The translations under genes and the position numbers were made by a program. From Candidatus Micrarchaeota archaeon (GTDB lineage: Archaea; Micrarchaeota; Micrarchaeia; Anstonellales; Bilamarchaeaceae): a stretch of 10,862 bases of DNA. Location: positions 1 to 10,862 of the forward strand of contig JBFMCO010000052.1 of NCBI GenBank assembly GCA_040754495.1, written 5' to 3'. Below the pieces are notes generated by a model. The model saw only the letters and a list, made by a program, of their open reading frames with translations, did not search any database and was not told where the DNA came from. This document shows positions 5,973 to 10,862 of the stretch, in pieces (the stretch's first letter is position 1; the number at the start of each line of letters is the position of its first letter).

Positions 5973-6257
5973 ATGAACATAAGCGAATTGAAGCCCGGCA
6001 CCGGCAGCGTAAATATCGAGGCCGAGGTAGTGTCCGTCGAGAGCGAGAGGGAAGTGAACAAGTACGGGAGGAAGCTTCGGGTCGCGAACGCCACGATAAA
6101 GGACGATTCCGGCTCCATAACGCTCGTACTCTGGAACGACCAGATTGACCAGGTCAAGGCCGGCATGAAGATAAAAATCGAGAACGGCTACGTGAACGAA
6201 TGGCAGGGCGCGCCCCAGCTCACGCTCGGCAAGTTCGGCAAGCTCAGCGTGCTCTGA
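5973..6257 (+). CDS. Single-OB-fold single-stranded DNA-binding protein (SSB/RPA family), 94 aa
   Basis: MNISELKPG..VNIEAEVV...LRVANATIKDDSGSITLVLWNDQID.VKAG..IKIENGYVNEWQG..QLTLGKFG is the archaeal RPA/SSB OB signature (DxSG.I.LVLW). True start is ATG 5973, not the ORF-track start at 5790. Confidence 0.9.
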   Translation: MNISELKPGTGSVNIEAEVVSVESEREVNKYGRKLRVANATIKDDSGSITLVLWNDQIDQVKAGMKIKIENGYVNEWQGAPQLTLGKFGKLSVL

Positions 6258-6630
6258 TTCTCGCCTTCCCATCCTTGTTTTCCACATAGACCGTGCCGGA
6301 CAGCCCGCCTGAAGCATCGGCCTCGCAGGGCACGGCCCTGACGATGGAGGCGTTGGCGCCCGATAGGCGTACGAGCCAGCCATCGTCCGATTCCACTGGT
6401 TCCAGCGATAATTCCGATGGCAGCTCCAGCCGCCTCATATTGCCCGCCCCCAGCGCGCAGACCTCGTCTATCGCGCCCGCAAGGGACATTGCGGACGCCC
6501 TGAAGGAATATGCGGCGATGCCACGCTCAGCGTAACCCTTTATGGCTGAGAGGGATGAGAGCGAGAGGGCAAGCAGGGAAAGCGCCACAAGGGCGAGAAG
6601 AAGATACTCCGCCGAAGCCTGCCCCTTCAT
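6244..6630 (-). CDS. Class III signal peptide-containing (archaeal pilin-like) protein, 128 aa
   Basis: Starts MKG|QASAEYLLLALVALSLLALSLSSL, matching the [KR]G|QxSxE[YF] cleavage motif followed by a hydrophobic helix. Its 3' end overlaps the convergent SSB gene by 14 bp. Confidence 0.82.
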   Translation of the reverse strand: MKGQASAEYLLLALVALSLLALSLSSLSAIKGYAERGIAAYSFRASAMSLAGAIDEVCALGAGNMRRLELPSELSLEPVESDDGWLVRLSGANASIVRAVPCEADASGGLSGTVYVENKDGKARIRAR

Positions 6631-6661
6631 TTCATCCCCGGACGAAGCGGCCGTCCGGGAG

Positions 6662-6669
6662 AATATAAA
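6662..6669 (-). promoter_or_regulatory. BRE-TATA (CAGAAAC-TTTATATT) for the pilin-like gene
   Basis: Consensus-like TTTATA with an upstream A-rich BRE, 32 nt before ATG 6630. Confidence 0.6.
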
Positions 6670-6707
6670 GTTTCTGCCGGAAGAGGAGTGGAACTGCACA
6701 CTGCCCG

Positions 6708-6735
6708 GGAAACTGGAAACACTGGACCGGAAACC
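6708..6735 (+). repeat. Heptamer units GGAAACT-GGAAACA...GGAAACC (intergenic)
   Basis: Same unit as in guaAA; two adjacent copies at 6708-6721 plus one at 6729-6735. Confidence 0.65.
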
Positions 6736-6762
6736 ACAGGAGCAATGGCTGAGGTGGGCAGC

Positions 6763-7527
6763 CTAGCGTATGTATGACACGCTCTTGCTGGCCTGCTCGA
6801 ACTGCTGCTCCATGGTCTTCTGGACCTCTTCCTGCACCTGCTTGAGGACCTTCTGGCTCTCGCGGGCCTTCTCGTCCAGGCGCTTGAGGTCTATCTTGAG
6901 GTCCAGGTACTTGGAAAGCGTGAGAACTATCTGCCTTGCGGATGCAGTATCTATGTAGCTGCCGTGCGTCTCCCCCATCACGCAGCTGCCCTCGACGCCC
7001 TTGAGCTTGCCGAGGGCCGGGAGAAGGCCCGCGGCCCCCACTATGGAGCCCTTGGCCTCCCCGAATATGACGCCGTGCTTCTTGAGCCGCTCGCGGAGCC
7101 CGTCCGTCGTGGCCACGCCGAAAATCCTGCGCTCCTCGCTGATTTTGCCGGTGCTGTAGCCGCCGACCGTGAGTATCTCCGTCACGCCGGCTTTCCTGCA
7201 GTAGTCCAGGATTGCCCCGGCCACCTCGTACTGGCCGACAGAGCTCATCGCCTGGATGTCTCCCAGCAGGATGAGGACGTCGCGCTTTTTGCCGCGGTGC
7301 ACGTAGAAGCTGTTCTTGATTATCCTCATGCCGCCTTTCTTTGTCATGAACACCTGGTGGGGGAAGTGCGGCGAAACGAGGTTGGCCACTTTCTCTGCCT
7401 TGAGCTCCTCGACCAGGTATCTTCCCACGACCTGCCCGATGAGGCCTATCCCAGGCAGCCCGGTGACAAGCACGCCGTTCTTCAGCTTCTTGTAAGCCTT
7501 CTTCTCGATGATGAGCGTCTCTTTCAT
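6763..7527 (-). CDS. Proteasome assembly chaperone PAC2-family protein
   Basis: LVTGLPGIGLIGQ, SPHFPHQV, LLGDIQ, ILTVGGY, GSIVGAAGLL, CVMGETHG, D..SA, DLKIDLKRL. It sits in the usual position downstream of nop10. Confidence 0.88.
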   Translation of the reverse strand: MKETLIIEKKAYKKLKNGVLVTGLPGIGLIGQVVGRYLVEELKAEKVANLVSPHFPHQVFMTKKGGMRIIKNSFYVHRGKKRDVLILLGDIQAMSSVGQYEVAGAILDYCRKAGVTEILTVGGYSTGKISEERRIFGVATTDGLRERLKKHGVIFGEAKGSIVGAAGLLPALGKLKGVEGSCVMGETHGSYIDTASARQIVLTLSKYLDLKIDLKRLDEKARESQKVLKQVQEEVQKTMEQQFEQASKSVSYIR

Positions 7528-7568
7528 ATGGAAAACCCTGGAACAGATTAGAGAGATTCTCGGCGGGG

Positions 7569-7576
7569 TATATTAA
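7569..7576 (-). promoter_or_regulatory. Possible internal TATA (TTAATATA) for the PAC2 gene
   Basis: AT-rich octamer in the 71-bp nop10-PAC2 gap, 42 nt before ATG 7527. Confidence 0.4.
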
Positions 7577-7598
7577 GCTTATGCCCCAGCTCTGGCCT

Positions 7599-7760
7599 TC
7601 AGGCGCCCGGGACTTGCCCCGCCTTCGCCCTGCGCCGGTATTCGCCGTACGGGTCGTTGGGATTGAAGCGGGCCGGGTGGGCTGATTCGGTCATCGCGCC
7701 GCAGTGCAGCTCTGAGAGCGTATAGGAGCCGCAGGTGCGGCAGATTCGCATCCTCTTCAT
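7599..7760 (-). CDS. nop10: H/ACA RNP protein Nop10 (53 aa)
   Basis: Manual translation: MKRMRICRTCGSYTLSELHCGAMTESAHPARFNPNDPYGEYRRRAKAGQVPGA. Contains YTL, HPARF.P.DPY..YRR. The ATG directly follows the aIF2alpha TGA. Below the ORF-track size cutoff. Confidence 0.92.
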   Translation of the reverse strand: MKRMRICRTCGSYTLSELHCGAMTESAHPARFNPNDPYGEYRRRAKAGQVPGA

Positions 7761-8513
7761 TCACTTCTCCCGGTCCGACTTGAAATCGCAATTGTGTTTC
7801 TGCGCATATGAGCGGATGTGCTCGAGCACGGCCGAGAGGCGCTTTTCCGCGCTCTTGTAGTCAGGCGCGGTCAGGGACACCTTGTAGCGCGGGGCGCCCA
7901 GGTAATGAACGGCGATGTCGTCCCCCACCTCAAGCGCCTTGCGCAGGTCGCTGATCCCGTCCGCGTTGTAGCATACGAGCGTGACGATGGAATCGACCTC
8001 GACTACGGGCTTCTTTATGCTTTTCTGCGCTACCTCCACGATTTTGGCCTTCACGGCCTTCGAGAGCTCGAGCTTCTTGAGAGCGTCCTCGCCCTTCAGG
8101 CTGACCTCCTTGAAGCACGTATAAATGTCGTCGAAGTGGGATTCGATTTCCTTCCTCACGGCGGCCGCGTCACCCGGCGCCTTCGCGGCCTCGAGCGCTA
8201 TCTCAAGGAGCTTCGTCCCCCGCTTCTCGTTCTGGACCATCTCGAGCTTCCGCTTCTTCTCCTCCTCGCTCACGCGCTTTATCGAGATGTCGACCTGGTT
8301 CTTCTCCCGGTCCACGCGGTGGACTTTCATCACGTGCCGCTGGCCCTCGGAGATGAACTCGTGGATGTTCTTTATCCAGCGCGGGGCCACCTCGGAGACG
8401 TGGAGGAACGCCTCGAGGTTGTTGTATTCCGGAAGTATGCAGAACGCGCCGTAGGGCATAATCTTCTTTATGACCGCTATGACCAGTTCGCCCTCGTCAG
8501 GAAGCTCGACTAT
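7761..8513 (-). CDS. eif2a: Translation initiation factor 2 subunit alpha (aIF2alpha); start inferred at non-canonical ATA 8513
   Basis: S1 domain LPDEGELVIAVIKKIMPYGAF...EAFLHVSEVA..WIKNI..FISEGQ..VMKV.RVD.EK.QVDISIKRV; C-terminal YLGAPRYKV..APDYKSAEK. Product identity is high confidence. The start is inferred (first in-frame ATG is 8459). Confidence 0.9.
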   Translation of the reverse strand: MVELPDEGELVIAVIKKIMPYGAFCILPEYNNLEAFLHVSEVAPRWIKNIHEFISEGQRHVMKVHRVDREKNQVDISIKRVSEEEKKRKLEMVQNEKRGTKLLEIALEAAKAPGDAAAVRKEIESHFDDIYTCFKEVSLKGEDALKKLELSKAVKAKIVEVAQKSIKKPVVEVDSIVTLVCYNADGISDLRKALEVGDDIAVHYLGAPRYKVSLTAPDYKSAEKRLSAVLEHIRSYAQKHNCDFKSDREK

Positions 8514-8535
8514 CCAATCACCGTCCAGGGGGCGT

Positions 8536-8700
8536 CTAGCCCAGCTCCGCGACTATCTTGCCGTGTATGACGGCCGTCCCCCCGCTCGGGTGGGCGAGAG
8601 GCTCCTTGCATCCGCCGCATTTGATTACCGACGTAGCGTGGCTGAACACGACCTGCTCGTTTCCGCACTTGCATTGCACCTTGAAGTATTTGCCTGCCAT
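8536..8700 (-). CDS. rps27e: 30S ribosomal protein S27e (54 aa)
   Basis: Manual translation: MAGKYFKVQCKCGNEQVVFSHATSVIKCGGCKEPLAHPSGGTAVIHGKIVAELG; SD-like GTGAT 3 nt before the ATG. Not in the ORF track. Confidence 0.93.
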   Translation of the reverse strand: MAGKYFKVQCKCGNEQVVFSHATSVIKCGGCKEPLAHPSGGTAVIHGKIVAELG

Positions 8701-8704
8701 AAAA

Positions 8705-8986
8705 TCACGACTTGAACTCGATTTTCTTCGTGGTCCTTCCTCCGACCACGCGCTCCTGCTTCTTCTTGCAGGTATTGCACTGCAGCACGAGCTTCTGCCT
8801 CTTGCCCTGCTTCTTCACGGTCTTCTCGCCCTTCCTCTTGCTGCCATGGCCTGCGAGCCTGCGCTTATGCCTGCGGTTGCCCGCTGCGAGCGAGCTTGCG
8901 CGCCCCTTGCTGGCTGCCTTGACCTTGTGAAGCTGGTGCTTCTTGCAAAAAGGACAATAGGCGTTTATCTCTTTCGGGAATTTCAT
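8705..8986 (-). CDS. rpl44e: 50S ribosomal protein L44e
   Basis: MKFPKEINAYCPFCKKHQLHKV...GNRRHKRRLAGHG...K...KLVLQCNTCKK. Start ATG 8986 follows SD AGGTGA-AAAAG. Confidence 0.95.
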   Translation of the reverse strand: MKFPKEINAYCPFCKKHQLHKVKAASKGRASSLAAGNRRHKRRLAGHGSKRKGEKTVKKQGKRQKLVLQCNTCKKKQERVVGGRTTKKIEFKS

Positions 8987-8995
8987 CTTTTTCAC

Positions 8996-9508
8996 CTACA
9001 CTATCTCGGCCATGCCGGCCTTGAGAAGCCACTCGGCCTCGGCGCGGGGGAGGAGCTGCTCCTCTCCCTGCTTGAAAGGGCCGTATAGGGCGTTGTCAAG
9101 GCCGCGGTACTGGGAAACGTCTTTGAGGATTTTTATCTTCCTCGAATTCGCCTGGACCGAATCCTCGCTGTCCCAGACGCTCTTGACCGTCTCCCTGGCC
9201 TTCTTAATAATCGAGGACAACTCTTTTAACAGTTCCTTTTCCTCCGCCGTGAGGCCGCCCCCTTCCCGCTCCCCGCGCACCGCCATCAGGACGATTTTCT
9301 CCTCCCGCTTGGCCTGTATGGACATGATGATTTTCTTGATGTTCTCGTGCTCCTTTATCGAGAGCAGGGACTTGGACTGCATCGCCTCGCCGCTCTTCTT
9401 CGCCAGAAGCGCCGACACCGAGGCGTAGAAGTCGTCCGGAAGCGCGACGATGGCCGAGGACTCCATCTCCTTGCGCTGTATGTCCCTCAAATCAGAATAT
9501 GTAAGCAT
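8996..9508 (-). CDS. DNA replication complex GINS subunit, Gins51/Gins15 type (A-domain then B-domain)
   Basis: MLTYSDLRDIQRKE...LPDDFY...REEKIVLMA...LTAEEKELL helical A domain, then KIKILKDVSQYRGLDNALYGPFKQGE..LP.AEAEWLLKAGMAE B domain. Conserved position directly upstream of rpl44e. Confidence 0.87.
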   Translation of the reverse strand: MLTYSDLRDIQRKEMESSAIVALPDDFYASVSALLAKKSGEAMQSKSLLSIKEHENIKKIIMSIQAKREEKIVLMAVRGEREGGGLTAEEKELLKELSSIIKKARETVKSVWDSEDSVQANSRKIKILKDVSQYRGLDNALYGPFKQGEEQLLPRAEAEWLLKAGMAEIV

Positions 9509-9612
9509 ATTACCCCCCAATGACCGGCGACCCGGCGGCAGAACATGCGCCGGTGCTCCCAGTCTCCGGCCTCCGGTTAAAGCTCCCGCAAATGAATTGC
9601 AGCCAACTGTTT

Positions 9613-10506
9613 TTATTCCTTCTTTGCCGGGGCGGCCGCATCGTCAGCTTTCTTCCTGCGTGGCTTCCTCTTCTTTTGCGGTTTCGGGTTTCGGGTTTCG
9701 CGTTCAGGAGGCAGGCGGCCGGATGCCGGCGCTTGGGTGCCGGCTGCGGGAGGCTGGCTGCCATGGGGCTGATGCCCCAAGTCCCCCGGCGCTCCGCGCC
9801 GAGGGCCGGCTGCGCGGGCGGGCCTGGCCTGAAGCGTGCGCTCGTCCTTCTCGAGCTCGATTGGGGGGGCCTTCCCGATGCGCATGATGCCCTCGCTCTG
9901 CGGTTTCCGCTCCTCCTTGGGGCGCGCAGGGTACATGGGAGCTTCCGCCATCGGCTTTGCCCTCGAAATCGGCATCTTGCCCCCCACAACGACCACTTCG
10001 AGCTTTTTGCGTTTCTTCAGGCCCAGAAGGACAAGGAACTCACCTATGGCGGTTTCGATGAAACCGCGGCGCTTGCGCCTGTTCTCGGGCTCGAGGCTGA
10101 CCTTGTACGGCGCCCCCATGGGCCCGCCCCCCACCAGGCCCCATTTCTCCTGCTCGTCGCCCACGCAGTTCCTGCACAGCCTCTTGTCGTTCCAGATATA
10201 GACGCGGCCCTTGAGGTCGCGGCCGCAGCGCTCGCACGTTTCCGGGTAGGAGAGGACCTCGAGCTTCGGCTTCTCGACAATGTGTTCCTCTGCCTTCCTG
10301 TCCGCATCCCGCATATCCTGTATGCAGTAGGGGCAGGCCCACTGGCCCTTGTACTGCTGGAGCTCGCTTGCCGGGAGATACATCCTGCAGCGCCAGCACT
10401 GCCGGTTCAGGCCGTAGAATATGCACGAGGAGCAGTACGGGAGGCCGTCCGCCCCGTACTCCATCTCGCTTTTCATGCCGCATCGCGTGCAGGTGCCGCT
10501 GCTCAT
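9613..10506 (-). CDS. Uncharacterised protein with three CxxC-x15/17/16-CxxC zinc-finger units and a basic, low-complexity C-terminal tail
   Basis: CTRC..CSSC, CWRC..CPYC, CERC..CRNC; TATA (TTTTTAAT, 10528-10535) 22 nt upstream; codon usage like neighbouring genes. Confidence 0.8.
   Translation of the reverse strand: MSSGTCTRCGMKSEMEYGADGLPYCSSCIFYGLNRQCWRCRMYLPASELQQYKGQWACPYCIQDMRDADRKAEEHIVEKPKLEVLSYPETCERCGRDLKGRVYIWNDKRLCRNCVGDEQEKWGLVGGGPMGAPYKVSLEPENRRKRRGFIETAIGEFLVLLGLKKRKKLEVVVVGGKMPISRAKPMAEAPMYPARPKEERKPQSEGIMRIGKAPPIELEKDERTLQARPARAAGPRRGAPGDLGHQPHGSQPPAAGTQAPASGRLPPERETRNPKPQKKRKPRRKKADDAAAPAKKE
9680..9700 (-). repeat. Heptamer tandem repeat (CGAAACC)x3, in frame within the zinc-finger gene
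   Basis: Plus strand reads GGTTTCG three times exactly, in the RETRNPKP stretch. Confidence 0.85.
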
Positions 10507-10527
10507 CGGATTCTAGACGCAACGAGG

Positions 10528-10535
10528 ATTAAAAA
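10528..10535 (-). promoter_or_regulatory. TATA box (TTTTTAAT) for the zinc-finger gene
   Basis: 22 nt before ATG 10506; same octamer as 2990-2997. Confidence 0.55.
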
Positions 10536-10548
10536 TGGTAACGCAGGG

Positions 10549-10862
10549 CTAATGGCTTTCCATGTAGCGCACGAGGTCCGCATTCCCGCTCCCGCGCAGG
10601 TCCCTCTTTATGGTCTCTTCCCACTGCTGCAGGGGAGGCATCGTGAAGCTGACTCTTCCGCCGCGGCCGGCCTCGGACTGGCGGGCCACCTGCATGCAGA
10701 GGCGCCTGATTTCGGCGTAAGTCTCCTGGATGCGGCTGCGCGAGAGCTGGCTGATTGTCACATGGACCTCGAACTTGCCGATATTGACGATGGTGATGGG
10801 AACTGCGATTTCGCTCGCGCCGGTGCCCGAGGATGCCCTCGGCCGGTTGCGCATGACGTATA
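10549..10862 (-). CDS. Hypothetical protein, probably the C-terminal part of a gene starting beyond the window
   Basis: The frame stays open upstream of ATG 10854 to the window edge (TAC GTC ATG). Plausible codon usage; no recognisable motif. Confidence 0.6.
   Translation of the reverse strand, partial: YVMRNRPRASSGTGASEIAVPITIVNIGKFEVHVTISQLSRSRIQETYAEIRRLCMQVARQSEAGRGGRVSFTMPPLQQWEETIKRDLRGSGNADLVRYMESH

Noticed and set aside
7529-7545. GGAAAACCCTGGAAC in the PAC2 leader, similar to 6715-6728
   Set aside because: Too degenerate to count as a member of the heptamer family without genome-wide statistics.
2338-7611. The membrane hypothetical and Nop10 both end in PGA-stop (TCAGGCGCC on the plus strand)
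   Set aside because: A 9-10-bp GC-rich coincidence with no further similarity.
8505-8556. GATAGTCG(CG)GAGCT occurs at both the end of rps27e and the start of aIF2alpha (IVAEL versus IVEL)
   Set aside because: A short match between two coding segments that could be chance; no need to invoke ribosome hopping or fusion when an SD-led ATA start explains the frame.
9510-9989. Alternative-frame ORF suggesting a frameshift in the zinc-finger gene
   Set aside because: The main frame is continuous and ends in a natural-looking Lys-rich tail; long alternative frames are expected in GC-rich low-complexity DNA.

Overview
GC-rich, very compact archaeal housekeeping region; a DPANN lineage such as Ca. 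Micrarchaeota fits best, but that is inference. Left to right: a secreted parallel beta-helix glycoprotein (minus, runs off the left edge, missed by the ORF track), GMP synthase glutaminase subunit guaAA, a 2-TM hypothetical, a histidine phosphatase, an MTAP/PNP-family nucleoside phosphorylase, tyrS, an intron-containing tRNA-Thr(UGU), a ~340-bp repeat- and hairpin-rich intergenic segment, a single-OB SSB/RPA and a class III signal peptide (pilin-like) protein. Then comes the conserved archaeal gins51-rpl44e-rps27e-aIF2alpha-nop10-PAC2 cluster (minus; rps27e and nop10 not in the ORF track), a triple-CxxC zinc-finger protein and a probably partial hypothetical. Best leads: (1) aIF2alpha appears to need a non-AUG (ATA) start behind a perfect GGTGAT Shine-Dalgarno; (2) a dispersed heptamer repeat (SGAAACN) occurs as exactly 3 frame-preserving units inside two genes; (3) a ~150-nt multi-hairpin element follows a decayed duplicate of the tRNA 3' end; (4) the tRNA intron has two mutually exclusive folds. 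All analysis was by eye, with no searches or folding software.
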